DNA from: a virus
Lineage: Duplodnaviria; Heunggongvirae; Uroviricota; Caudoviricetes
IMG/VR virus record: IMGVR_UViG_3300021255_001602
Location: 64,001-128,000 of that record
Strand: one strand, 5' to 3'
DNA: 64,000 nucleotides
Made by a program: the position numbers and the translations under genes. Position 1 is the first letter of the stretch; each line of letters starts with the position of its first letter. The notes below the pieces were generated by a model. That model did not search any database. It had not been told where the DNA came from and saw only the letters and a list, made by a program, of their open reading frames with translations. Shown here piece after piece: positions 24,554 to 34,306 of the stretch.

Positions 24554-24832
24554 ATGGATTTAGTTAGTATTATCGCAATCGCAATTCTTACAGAAGCACT
24601 TATTGAATATGCAAAGACTGTCATTGACAGCTTTGACAGCAAAGATTATAAGACATTTAGAACTCAGCTTGCCAGTATCGTACTGGGCATTGCTATGAGT
24701 TTTGCATTTGGTATCAACGCATTTACATCTGGATTCACGGTGCATCCGATTATCGGTACAGCGATAACTGGTATCATTATCAGCCGTGGCTCCAACTATG
24801 CGAGTGACCTGCTTAGTAAGCTTACCAAGTAA
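24554..24832 (+). CDS. Holin
   Basis: 92 aa, 2-3 transmembrane segments, ends SRGSNYASDLL. Confidence 0.75.
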   Translation: MDLVSIIAIAILTEALIEYAKTVIDSFDSKDYKTFRTQLASIVLGIAMSFAFGINAFTSGFTVHPIIGTAITGIIISRGSNYASDLLSKLTK

Positions 24833-24880
24833 AAATTAAATAGGAAAATCGAAGATATTTTCAACTCTGACACGCTTCAC

Positions 24881-24916
24881 GGGTGTTCCTCTATCTAAGG
24901 GGAGCACCCTTTTTTT
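24881..24916 (+). terminator. Rho-independent terminator
   Basis: GGGTGTTCCT/GGGGAGCACCC hairpin plus T7. Confidence 0.75.
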
Positions 24917-24963
24917 AGTGCGAAAAACACATTTATTTTGGGAAATACAGGGAGTAAACAGAT

Positions 24964-26175
24964 ATGAATAAATTAACTAATGAAGATTTGAATTTTCTCG
25001 TAACCCGTGGCATAATAGACATATCCGATATCCAATCTATTATAGAGATGGAGAAGAAAAAAGAATTAGTAGAAAAACATCCTTACAAAGCATGGCAAGG
25101 GAAGAATGGAAGCTGGTATGTATATCTGCCAGACAAAGAGAAAGGGAGGGTCTTAAAGAGGAAGAGTACAAAAGCTGGGATTGAAAAAGTTATATGTGAC
25201 TATCAAGAAGATTTAATCGGCAATCCAACGTTAGAAGAAATTTTTAATGAGTGGAATGATTACAGACGTGATTTAAAAAAGATTACATATTCGTCTCATT
25301 CTCGTATGAAACAAACATTTAAAAGACATTTCCAAGAATTTGGTAAAAAGAAAATTCGAAACGTCACACCACTTGAGATTATTGAATTTCTAGAAGAACA
25401 AATTCCAAAATATCATTTAACATCAAGGTCATTTGGTAGCTTAAAAACAATTATACGAGGCATTCTAAAACGGGCTAGACGTCAGAAGTATATTTCATGG
25501 AATATTGGAGATGTCTTTGATGATTTAGATGTTTCTGATAAAGAGTTCTTCAAACCGTATAAAGAAGATGAAGAAGAGGTCTTTGACGAACATGAGACAG
25601 AAATGATGATCAACTATCTTAAAGACCATTGTGATATTAAAAATTCTGGGATTCTTTTAATGTTTGTTAGTGGATTGCGCATTGGAGAATTAGTGGCCTT
25701 ATGCCATGAAGATTTAAATCCAGAAGATAATACTGTAAAAGTAAGACGGACAGAAACAAGATACACAAACGATGAAGGGGTAACCATTTACGATATAAAG
25801 AATTATCCTAAAACGAAAGCTGGAATGAGAGAGATAGTTATTCCGAGTGCTTATCGATGGTTGATTCGTGATTTATATTTTGGTTCAAATCCAGATGATT
25901 TTGTATTTAAAGAGAATGATGAAAGACTCACTACTTATCATATTAGAAAAAGAGAGTATGCCGTCTGTCGCAAACTTAATATCCGTAAAAAATCTCCGCA
26001 TAAGATTCGTGCAACGTATGATAGTATTTTGTTAGATAGCAATGTTGATAAACGAATGGTTAAAGATCAGATGGGGCATGCTGAAATCAGGACGTCAGAG
26101 GTTAATTATCATAGGAATCGTAAAACTGTTGACAAAAAGAGAGATATTATCGATGCAATCCCCGAATTTTGTTGA
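24964..26175 (+). CDS. int: Tyrosine integrase
   Basis: SGLRIGE (R), HKIR (H-x-x-R), MGH...Y catalytic motifs; 403 aa. Confidence 0.92.
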   Translation: MNKLTNEDLNFLVTRGIIDISDIQSIIEMEKKKELVEKHPYKAWQGKNGSWYVYLPDKEKGRVLKRKSTKAGIEKVICDYQEDLIGNPTLEEIFNEWNDYRRDLKKITYSSHSRMKQTFKRHFQEFGKKKIRNVTPLEIIEFLEEQIPKYHLTSRSFGSLKTIIRGILKRARRQKYISWNIGDVFDDLDVSDKEFFKPYKEDEEEVFDEHETEMMINYLKDHCDIKNSGILLMFVSGLRIGELVALCHEDLNPEDNTVKVRRTETRYTNDEGVTIYDIKNYPKTKAGMREIVIPSAYRWLIRDLYFGSNPDDFVFKENDERLTTYHIRKREYAVCRKLNIRKKSPHKIRATYDSILLDSNVDKRMVKDQMGHAEIRTSEVNYHRNRKTVDKKRDIIDAIPEFC

Positions 26176-26177
26176 CT

Positions 26178-26369
26178 TGATTACATTTCACCTAATATGT
26201 AATCAAAATAGAACGCACAAAGTCTTATTTCATAAGGATAAATCAAATGTGGTTTGTCTTCGATTCTCGTTGCCAGCTCTCCAGAGGAAGTCCAAACCCC
26301 AGTATTTATCAGGGATTCGGGACTTCCTCTTTTTTTAGCCTGATTACAAAGTAATCAAATGTGTAATCA
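26178..26369. other. Putative attP: tRNA-3'-end-like core flanked by TGATTACA/TGTAATCA arm-type repeats
   Basis: Core TTCGATTCTCGTTGCCAGCT at 26259-26278; arm repeats at 26178, 26198, 26341, 26350 (one mismatch), 26362. Confidence 0.7.
26283..26337 (+). terminator. Hairpin/terminator following the att core
   Basis: AGAGGAAGTCC/GGACTTCCTCT 11-bp stem followed by T-run. Confidence 0.7.
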
Positions 26370-26440
26370 CTATTATAATATATAGAGAAAGGAGCGGTTG
26401 GATATCGGGTTATTTTCATATTGTACCATATTTAATACAA

Positions 26441-27457
26441 TCATAATCCCCCTATAAAATCTTCATATGATTCGCTGTTCTCAAATTCTACACCAGCACT
26501 TCCGACAGCGCCTTCATGATACATCTGTACTCGTTCAGCATCTTCATTATAATGATTAATAAAATCATCTTTAGAGCCACCGAACTTCAAGCAATAAAAT
26601 TGAACGGCCTTACGAAAATACCTCTTTTGTGCGCCTACATCTAATTCTTCGGTCTGATCTACAATCAATGCCTGTAACAACATATATCCGAATAATACTG
26701 CATTCAAATAATCTTCTTTCAATCTCTGATTTAATTCTTCATTGTCGTATACAATCAAATCCTGAGTCAAATATATCTGACATAACAGATGATATTTAAT
26801 TAGATATTCTACCCAATTAGACATAGCATATGACTTACCATCCTCAATATCATGATGTACTTCATATACAGGATAATCATAATGTTCAATGGTAAAGTCA
26901 GGAGCAATATATTCAATGAATCGTGTGATTTTGGTATTGAAATATTCATCTTCAGCCATGCGTAGAACATCATGTGGATACAGGTCATATCCAATTAAAA
27001 ATTCACGCTTATAAAAATTGCCCCCACATGAGTTATCAGCGTGTCCAACATTCTGTGCTACAAAGTTGCCAGATTCATAATAAATAGTCTGTGTATGTAG
27101 AAGTACCAGACTCTCATCGTAATTATCAATCTGTTCTTTCACATATCTAAGACTTGATGGTGTTAGGCAATCATCTGCATCAACAAATGTCACCCACTCC
27201 CCAGAAGCAACCAGCAGCCCTGTCTTTCTTGCTACACTAGGATTATGGTAACCGTCACTACTCATTACTTTAATTGGGAAAAACGAATTAAAATCGTCTA
27301 TTAGGTCAAGTGTATTATCTTCACTGTGATCATCGACTATAATAATCTCATAAATATAATCACGACTACTAATGAGTGATGCAAGCACTCTGGTAATAGT
27401 GCGTTCACCGTTATATACAGGAATGATTACAGAAAATATTTTATTGTTATCACTCAT
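26441..27457 (-). CDS. Glycosyltransferase family 2
   Basis: SVIIPVYN, IIIVDDHSED, FVDADD (DxD) motifs. Confidence 0.9.
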   Translation of the reverse strand: MSDNNKIFSVIIPVYNGERTITRVLASLISSRDYIYEIIIVDDHSEDNTLDLIDDFNSFFPIKVMSSDGYHNPSVARKTGLLVASGEWVTFVDADDCLTPSSLRYVKEQIDNYDESLVLLHTQTIYYESGNFVAQNVGHADNSCGGNFYKREFLIGYDLYPHDVLRMAEDEYFNTKITRFIEYIAPDFTIEHYDYPVYEVHHDIEDGKSYAMSNWVEYLIKYHLLCQIYLTQDLIVYDNEELNQRLKEDYLNAVLFGYMLLQALIVDQTEELDVGAQKRYFRKAVQFYCLKFGGSKDDFINHYNEDAERVQMYHEGAVGSAGVEFENSESYEDFIGGL

Positions 27458-27459
27458 GA

Positions 27460-27900
27460 TTAATTAACTCCTGTTGAGCCAAGACCACCTCTTGCATTAT
27501 TTCCAAGTGTGTTTACTGGAATGATGTTGAGAGGCAACTGACCTTCCTGAATTCTAAACTGACAGATTCTGTCATTCTTATGAATAATTGTATCACGAGT
27601 AGCGTATACAGGCATCATCCACCTGTCCTGATCTGAGGCGTAGCCGTTATCAATGACGCCAAACGAGTTTGTCTGAATAATACCGTACCTTTTAAATGTA
27701 CTACTCCTTGGTGCCAGAATCGCTTCATATCCTGCTGGAAGAGCAATCGACACACCAAGATCGATATACTTAAAATCACCCTTCTTTAGTTCTACATCTT
27801 CAGCACATCTAAGGTCGCACCATTCTCCACTATGCGCCTGAGAAATTGGCTCAAGACCGTCTACGTGATACTTTACTTTTACTACTTTTCCGATGTCCAT
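27460..27900 (-). CDS. dut: Trimeric dUTPase
   Basis: DLR, PRSS, GVIDNGY, RICQ, RGGLGSTG motifs. Confidence 0.92.
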   Translation of the reverse strand: MDIGKVVKVKYHVDGLEPISQAHSGEWCDLRCAEDVELKKGDFKYIDLGVSIALPAGYEAILAPRSSTFKRYGIIQTNSFGVIDNGYASDQDRWMMPVYATRDTIIHKNDRICQFRIQEGQLPLNIIPVNTLGNNARGGLGSTGVN

Positions 27901-28216
27901 TTTTCTTCTTCTCCTTCTTCTCTACAATTCCCAATGTCTTAAATCTGTAACGGATTTTATTTTTCGCCTTTTTAATAAAGTCGCCGTATCTCCCATATTC
28001 ATAACCATAAAACGGGGTATATAAATTATTGAATGTATCCATTACATCATAAGAGGCACGGGTTAAATCGTTGTTTAAATATACTCTACAAAACAGCACT
28101 GGATGGTCTTCCCAGAAATGCACAGGGAAGCTGTATCTCCAGCATTCCCTGTCCTTATCATATGTGAAGCCAAGTTGCTTATAATTTTGTTTACAATAAT
28201 CTGTGACAATAATCAT
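27851..28216 (-). CDS. Hypothetical protein
   Basis: 121 aa ORF in a co-directional gene run. Confidence 0.55.
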   Translation of the reverse strand: MIIVTDYCKQNYKQLGFTYDKDRECWRYSFPVHFWEDHPVLFCRVYLNNDLTRASYDVMDTFNNLYTPFYGYEYGRYGDFIKKAKNKIRYRFKTLGIVEKKEKKKNGHRKSSKSKVSRRRS

Positions 28217-28284
28217 ATCTCACCCTTAATAACACATCTGATACGGCAATTACTAATTCCAACCTTGTCATATAAATCTCCTAA

Positions 28285-29061
28285 TTACAGGTCTACATCT
28301 TCTGAGATATAATAACCTGTCATTTTATTTGTTTCACAATAATTTTTAATTCTCTTCTTTAAATTACTAGAACGTGTATATTCCAACAAATAAGTATCAA
28401 ATTTGTGCCTTTTCAGGCGTCTCATGTAAGACTTGTACCATTTATGCATATCCTTAGTCTGCTCTCCAAAAACACCCTTTTTTCCATCTTTATCACGCTT
28501 AGAATAATCTTTAATCAATGAATAGACTTCTTCCTGAGTGACACCATTGACTGCATCTATGCCAAGGTGTTTAGGGTCATGATCCATAAAATAGTCAAAG
28601 AATTCAGAACCGCCATTAATCATGACATAACCGCCAACGGCCTTCACCTTCTGAATAGCAATCAGGCATGCACCGTACATGGCTTTTGATTTGTGATATT
28701 CGTAAACATCCAGATTATCAAGCCAATAGCCATCAAAGCCCATTTCTTTATATTTCTTAGCCTGAGTTACTAAATGCTCCTGCCATGCACCCCTACGCAC
28801 ATCCACGTAATATTCATCAGGCCAGTCTTCAAGCCGACTAAGATTATATTTCTTATATGTATTGTACCAGCTACGACCTTTTTCATTTGTGCCCAGAGAC
28901 AAATAAGCCAGTACACGATAGCCTTTCTTACGAATAGCTTGTACTTCTTCAGCTGTATAGTCTTCAGGTTCAATGACAATAATTGGTCGTGGGTTAACCT
29001 TTTTGGCCTCAAGCTTAGCTGGATTAACTTTTGTGGTTAAGCATACTTTATATTCAACCAT
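28285..29061 (-). CDS. GH114-like (endo-alpha-1,4-polygalactosaminidase-type) glycoside hydrolase
   Basis: VLAYLSLG, W..EYYVD, GFDGYWLDNLDVY, QEEV motifs; ATG at 29061 with GGAGA RBS. Confidence 0.75.
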   Translation of the reverse strand: MVEYKVCLTTKVNPAKLEAKKVNPRPIIVIEPEDYTAEEVQAIRKKGYRVLAYLSLGTNEKGRSWYNTYKKYNLSRLEDWPDEYYVDVRRGAWQEHLVTQAKKYKEMGFDGYWLDNLDVYEYHKSKAMYGACLIAIQKVKAVGGYVMINGGSEFFDYFMDHDPKHLGIDAVNGVTQEEVYSLIKDYSKRDKDGKKGVFGEQTKDMHKWYKSYMRRLKRHKFDTYLLEYTRSSNLKKRIKNYCETNKMTGYYISEDVDL

Positions 29062-29422
29062 TCTTCTCCAATTCCTTTCTTGCAAACCAATTCCAAAGAT
29101 ACGTTAAAAATATGTTTATATTAAGTGCGACCTGAGAATATACACTAATTTTCTTATTTTTAAAGTCTTTAGGAAACAGCGATGTCAACTCAATCTCCCA
29201 CTCACATTTGTTCCAGAAATAGTAATGCAATTCAATAATAATAGATTCATTAAATCGTTCAATCTGTTCTTCTACATTATTAGGAGCTTGGTCATGTGCA
29301 TTCATCCAATGAATCTGACACATATCCCAAAATTCATTGTGATCGAAAATGTTATATTCTTCGATACATTTCTGATTATAATTTTCTCGATACACTTTCC
29401 AAACAGGTTTATTCTCGTTCAT
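29054..29422 (-). CDS. Hypothetical phage protein
   Basis: 122 aa; YNIFDH...YYFWNKCEWE. Confidence 0.6.
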   Translation of the reverse strand: MNENKPVWKVYRENYNQKCIEEYNIFDHNEFWDMCQIHWMNAHDQAPNNVEEQIERFNESIIIELHYYFWNKCEWEIELTSLFPKDFKNKKISVYSQVALNINIFLTYLWNWFARKELEKNG

Positions 29423-30600
29423 TTAATTACCTCTTCTTTCAGCTTTACCGACTCTGCCGTTTTATTGTCTGAGATATATACTTTTTCGAACGCCTCAAAC
29501 AAAGATGAAACAGTATAATCATGATACTCATTCCAATGAGTCAACATCAAAGAAATAGTTATATCATCCATATTACACACGCTGCTATAATGTAAATCAG
29601 CACCATGCATCAGGTCTATTTTAATATTATCCAGCATTTCATCTACGGGTAAAAGACCATATCTTAAATATCCTTGACATATATTGTAGACATTTGTTGA
29701 ATCAAACATTGTAGGATTAATATTTTGTTTATCGCATACATATACTATTTCACCATCACCATGTCTGGTCATATAAGTTCTTGACACATAACAAATTTCT
29801 ACTTGTGTTTCTTCAAATATAGAACGCCTAGCATTTTCAATTATTTCAACAGTACATTTAATACCAGTATTAGAAGGTGTGCAATATTTCCAATTTCTTT
29901 CTGGCTGCTGTTCGCCAATCATCAACCCTTGACCATTTTCAAAGATGACATTTTCATATTGATTAATAATCACATCATCAATCCAAATAACATGATGGAA
30001 TAAGAAAAACATATCATCAATAAAATGACGCTCCAAACCAGACATATTAATAGATGATGGCATTGAATCTAAATCTTTTTTATAATACTGCGTTACATCT
30101 TTAAATGAAGATTCAGAAAAAGTAATTAGTTTACATGCATCCTGAAAACTTACAGAATATACATCATTATTATATCTTTCTAAAGTTTTCCAAAAACCAC
30201 ATCCCGTACTGTTAAACTCTCCTGTTTTTCTAAGTTCAATCAAATTAGAAAGAATATCCCAAGGTGTAACAAACTTACAATCAGGATGCATATATACCTT
30301 GGGCGTGATACCAAAATTATGTTGTAATTCTAAATATTCTTCTACAAATTTTATGGGGTTGACCACAAAATATTTAGAAATATATGTGTCAGCCCCACGA
30401 AATGTAGCAGAACTAAAATGACTGAACACATGGTGTTTACCATCAGAGGTGTCTACTGTATGTGCTCTCTGAGAGGAACCATTTGTTAAAACACCAAGAA
30501 TAGTACCTTCAGCTTTTGAGGCAAAGTAATCTGTAGCCAAACCTTTGCCCTCGTCTCCAGCAAGTGCTCCGATTATAATTTTAATCTGCTGTTTGTTCAT
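29419..30600 (-). CDS. Diverged adenylosuccinate synthetase (PurA)-like ligase
   Basis: GDEGKG P-loop, RAHT, FENGQG, TPSNTG, TYMTRHGDG; canonical TTGR aspartate loop absent. Confidence 0.8.
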   Translation of the reverse strand: MNKQQIKIIIGALAGDEGKGLATDYFASKAEGTILGVLTNGSSQRAHTVDTSDGKHHVFSHFSSATFRGADTYISKYFVVNPIKFVEEYLELQHNFGITPKVYMHPDCKFVTPWDILSNLIELRKTGEFNSTGCGFWKTLERYNNDVYSVSFQDACKLITFSESSFKDVTQYYKKDLDSMPSSINMSGLERHFIDDMFFLFHHVIWIDDVIINQYENVIFENGQGLMIGEQQPERNWKYCTPSNTGIKCTVEIIENARRSIFEETQVEICYVSRTYMTRHGDGEIVYVCDKQNINPTMFDSTNVYNICQGYLRYGLLPVDEMLDNIKIDLMHGADLHYSSVCNMDDITISLMLTHWNEYHDYTVSSLFEAFEKVYISDNKTAESVKLKEEVIK

Positions 30601-30606
30601 TTAATT

Positions 30607-31485
30607 TCACCATGTAATATAACTAGATTCAGTTTTTTCAACATTTGGTGCTGTTCCCGTCTGAGTGCCACCATTCACAGAATCTTCAATACAATCAACA
30701 ATAGTCATTGGAAGTCTTTCAATTGTAGATACTTTCAGGCGGTTTCCAAGAACAGGGCTGAATGTTGAATTAATTCGAGTATCATACCAACTATAGCTAT
30801 CTTCAGGATCATCAACGGCAATATGATAAATATCAAACTTCTCAGTTGCCATCTTGTACAAGTCTTCCGTCTTTACGTCTGCTTCTGGTGTATCTCCAAA
30901 TACGCCTCTGATATTGCGTTTATATAGAATAGGATTAAGAGGCTCGTCACCCATAGTAATAATAATGCCCTTTTTACCACGCTTCCAACAATCAAGCTTT
31001 GTATGTCTCAGACCAAAATACCAAGCAGCGGTATAGGATTCATAGCCATTTCCACCACCACCATGTTCCATATAAAGCTTATCAGTATGTTCTGCAATCC
31101 TTACATCAGATTCAAACTGAGACACCTGAACAGGCGCACGGTCACACTCAAGGTCTCCAACACCCATTACAAGGAATTCAATATCAGTAAACTTCTCATA
31201 AAGCATTGTCATGATTTTATTCAAGGATTGTGCAGTTTTTACACAAGCACCGCCCATCGATCCTGTAAGATCCAGCGCTAGGATTACAGGAATTGTGTTG
31301 GGATGTTCCTCAGAATCTACACATTCTCTTGTAACATTATAAGGCACCATATCTTTGTGAATATAATGCTGAGTATAATAATCTGTCAGGCTATCATTGG
31401 TCACAAAGCCAGTACTGCTTACAGTACGTCCACGACTATTGGAATAACTTGTAAAACTACTTGTTGTAAAACTTCCGCTACCCAT
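30607..31485 (-). CDS. vWA-domain protein
   Basis: LALDLTGSM MIDAS-like motif, GGGGNGYESY, TMGDEP. Confidence 0.8.
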   Translation of the reverse strand: MGSGSFTTSSFTSYSNSRGRTVSSTGFVTNDSLTDYYTQHYIHKDMVPYNVTRECVDSEEHPNTIPVILALDLTGSMGGACVKTAQSLNKIMTMLYEKFTDIEFLVMGVGDLECDRAPVQVSQFESDVRIAEHTDKLYMEHGGGGNGYESYTAAWYFGLRHTKLDCWKRGKKGIIITMGDEPLNPILYKRNIRGVFGDTPEADVKTEDLYKMATEKFDIYHIAVDDPEDSYSWYDTRINSTFSPVLGNRLKVSTIERLPMTIVDCIEDSVNGGTQTGTAPNVEKTESSYITW

Positions 31486-32096
31486 TATTCTTCATCCTCC
31501 TGATTGTCATCTTCTGCATCATTATCAAAATCAAACATTCCATCAAAGTTGAACATGTCACTAAGACCACCGTTACTCATCATTCCAAGCATCATAAGAT
31601 TGCCCATACCATTGTTATCACCATTTTTACCGCTCATCATTTCAGACATCATCTTATACTTCAGGATGTTCTCGAAGCCGTTTTTCTTATTGCCGTCCTT
31701 AGAGAAATTGAACATAGAAACGATTTTGCCGTAAAAATAAGTATTGCCCATAAACATATGGCGCTCAGGAAGAATCTGTTCTACTGTAGAATCTTCATAA
31801 TTGATTACGGTAATAAAAGAAGGATTCACATCTACAACGCACTTAGGCTTACGACCGCCACCTTTACTCTGAGCAAGGATAATATCACCCTTTTCAACCT
31901 TGTTTGTAGGAATTACAAAAAAGAACTCTTCGCCAATATCAAAGACGAAATTGTTGCAGTTAATCAGCTTGCCAGTCTTAGTATTATAAGACTTGTAGCC
32001 ATTTGTTGTGCGAACAGCAATATTACCATTCACATCAAGTCGAATGTTGCCCGGATCAATTCTACCAAACATACCATTAAAAAAATCAGTGTTCAT
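31485..32096 (-). CDS. Hypothetical protein with Met/Gly/Asn-rich C-terminus, coupled to the vWA gene
   Basis: 203 aa; stop overlaps the vWA start. Confidence 0.65.
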   Translation of the reverse strand: MNTDFFNGMFGRIDPGNIRLDVNGNIAVRTTNGYKSYNTKTGKLINCNNFVFDIGEEFFFVIPTNKVEKGDIILAQSKGGGRKPKCVVDVNPSFITVINYEDSTVEQILPERHMFMGNTYFYGKIVSMFNFSKDGNKKNGFENILKYKMMSEMMSGKNGDNNGMGNLMMLGMMSNGGLSDMFNFDGMFDFDNDAEDDNQEDEE

Positions 32097-32139
32097 CGTT
32101 TTACTCCTTTGCTTATGAATTTAATTAATAATTACTAAA

Positions 32140-32220
32140 TACCCCTGAAGGGACTTGAACCCTTACGCCTTATAGCATCAAATTTTGAGTTTGACATGTC
32201 TACCATTCCATCACAGGGGC
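32140..32220 (-). tRNA. tRNA-Leu(CAA)
   Basis: GCCCCTG/CAGGGGT acceptor, TCAAA-CTCAAAA-TTTGA anticodon arm, long variable arm, GGTTCAAGTCC T-loop. Confidence 0.9.
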
Positions 32221-32232
32221 TTAAAGCGGATA

Positions 32233-32889
32233 TTAGATATCCGCAATATTATCTTTAAATCTCTGCATCAAATCCTCAGGAATCTCATATGTGAGCCAAC
32301 TCCTTGACGCCAACATATCACATTCGTGAATCAGCATATCCATATCATTCTGGGGTTTCTCCATGGTGCCGATCTTTGGTGTTCTGTCCCAACCATAGCT
32401 GTCAATCCTATAAGTATTCCATTGTCCAGAATGACGTTCGCACATATTACACAGCACCTCAAGATACTCTTCTTTAAGAGGATGCTCAGTCTTCTTATCC
32501 TGATTAATCTTAACCAGCTTCTGATGTGCCAAGAGTGGATGCTCACCAGTAGTATGTTTCATCCTACCCGCTACTCCATATTTACACATATCATGTAATG
32601 CAGGAACACAGCGCATCAAATCTCGTGCGACTGGATAGTTGAATTTCTGTCGATTATACTCCAAATCAAGAAGCATATTCAAAATATCAAAGAACATATA
32701 GATATGAATAAGCTGCCCGTATTCTCCAATCTGCTGTTTATTATGATATTTTCCAGAGCTACTTGCAGGTTTATAGAAAATAGCGTCTGGAATTTTTGTC
32801 ACTACTTCTTTAAAATAGTCTAAGACTTCTTGTGTTTCAAAATGTTTAAACATAGGTTCAAACACTGCAATTTTTTGTTCGTTTGTCAT
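32233..32889 (-). CDS. HD-domain phosphohydrolase (YhaM-like)
   Basis: PASSSGKYH...H, LHDMCK, RHSGQW, IHECDMLASR motifs. Confidence 0.75.
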   Translation of the reverse strand: MTNEQKIAVFEPMFKHFETQEVLDYFKEVVTKIPDAIFYKPASSSGKYHNKQQIGEYGQLIHIYMFFDILNMLLDLEYNRQKFNYPVARDLMRCVPALHDMCKYGVAGRMKHTTGEHPLLAHQKLVKINQDKKTEHPLKEEYLEVLCNMCERHSGQWNTYRIDSYGWDRTPKIGTMEKPQNDMDMLIHECDMLASRSWLTYEIPEDLMQRFKDNIADI

Positions 32890-33005
32890 AGGGTACACCA
32901 CCTTTTTCATTAGTTGGGCTATGGTGATATTAATAAACCACACATAGCCCATAACGGAGGAATACTAGTAACATATTGTTATTGTATATGTTTAATTATT
33001 GTTTG

Positions 33006-33755
33006 TCAAGATATTTTTTCTGCATACTGGTTATCAGATGCAAAACTCTTCTCTTTAAGAAAACCAAAATATTTTAATTCTGCTTTTTCTCTAGCGACAA
33101 CTGCATCTTCATATGTTTCATAACTACCTAAGCTAATATTTTTATTTTGATAACCAATATATGCAATCCATTTATTAGAAGAAGGATGATGATATACACC
33201 TGTGTGACCAGATTTATTATTTTTATATATTTTTTGGTTAATATTATTTTCTGAAATTGTTGTTAAACGCAGGTTTTTTCTTGTGTTATCAAGTTTGTTC
33301 CGATTCTTATGATCACATATGAGATCTTTTGTTGGGAACGTATTCAAGACATATGAATGAAAAAACATATACCCAAAATTATCACCCATATCAGTTCTGG
33401 CATATCCCTGCTCAGATTCAAACCATGTAAAATCATCTTTAATAGGTTCCCAATCTTCTAAATCACACAAGAAATAGTTAGGTGTATTATTAAAATATAC
33501 TCTAACTGTTTTCCCGTCCTCTAATACTTCATATTTATTACGATTAATATTATTTAACCCTAATTGGCGTGCATTCTCAATAGCATAGCAGCCACAAGAC
33601 TTAGTATCACCATTCCTCAAATATTTTCCCATTTTAACACAATGGGCACCACAATCACATATACAATTCCAATATGCTCTTTTGTCCTTTGTATACGCAA
33701 AACTGTCAACAATTAATTTCCCAAAACGTTGACCAGTGATATCAATTATTCCCAT
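33006..33755 (-). CDS. HNH endonuclease with C-terminal AP2-like domain
   Basis: DHKNRNKLDNTRKNLR; SGHTGVY...KWIAYI...LGSY..YEDAVVAR. Confidence 0.88.
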   Translation of the reverse strand: MGIIDITGQRFGKLIVDSFAYTKDKRAYWNCICDCGAHCVKMGKYLRNGDTKSCGCYAIENARQLGLNNINRNKYEVLEDGKTVRVYFNNTPNYFLCDLEDWEPIKDDFTWFESEQGYARTDMGDNFGYMFFHSYVLNTFPTKDLICDHKNRNKLDNTRKNLRLTTISENNINQKIYKNNKSGHTGVYHHPSSNKWIAYIGYQNKNISLGSYETYEDAVVAREKAELKYFGFLKEKSFASDNQYAEKIS

Positions 33756-33771
33756 ATAAGTCTCCTATTTT

Positions 33772-34305
33772 TTAGGGATTATATGGCGTAAACTTATGTT
33801 CGGCTATAGTCTTTTGTACATCAATAATTCTTTGATTTGATGATCCTCTAAAAGGTAATGTTAAATCTTTTAATTCATCTACAAACTGCCCATCGATCAC
33901 ATAATCACATAAACATATAATATGATTCTTTAACAAATCATTGATCTGCTCAACATTCACAGTGGCATCAAAATCCTTAATAGACAATGTATTGCCTGTC
34001 CAAAGCCATATTTTTTTATTAGGAAAATTATCCTTTATCTCCTTAACAATACTATACATATCAACTAAATTTTGATATGCTAATGGCTCCCCACCAAGAA
34101 TGGATACTCTTGTTATATATGGACGATCAATCAGTTTAAAGAATTCTTCTTGTACATCGACAGTCCATTCTTTACCGCCATTAAAATCCCATGTTTCTTG
34201 ATTGAAACAATTTTTACAATGGAAGGGGCATCCCTGAACAAACAGAGAAACCCCAACGCCAGTGCCGTTACACACTTCAAATTTATCAATAGAATAATAT
34301 CTCAT
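33772..34305 (-). CDS. nrdG: Anaerobic ribonucleotide reductase activating enzyme
   Basis: GCPFHCKNC radical-SAM motif; FRGSSNQR; ATG at 34305. Confidence 0.93.
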   Translation of the reverse strand: MRYYSIDKFEVCNGTGVGVSLFVQGCPFHCKNCFNQETWDFNGGKEWTVDVQEEFFKLIDRPYITRVSILGGEPLAYQNLVDMYSIVKEIKDNFPNKKIWLWTGNTLSIKDFDATVNVEQINDLLKNHIICLCDYVIDGQFVDELKDLTLPFRGSSNQRIIDVQKTIAEHKFTPYNP

Positions 34306-34306
34306 A

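Noticed and set aside
24964-26175. Tyrosine recombinase as a tail-fibre shufflon invertase
   Set aside because: Shared tail boxes are direct rather than inverted, all cassettes are on one strand, and a tRNA-type att core with arm repeats follows the gene
29419-30600. PurZ / 2-aminoadenine (Z) genome
   Set aside because: The catalytic Asp of GDEGKG is retained (PurZ has Ser) and no MazZ is recognised; kept only as a diverged PurA-like finding
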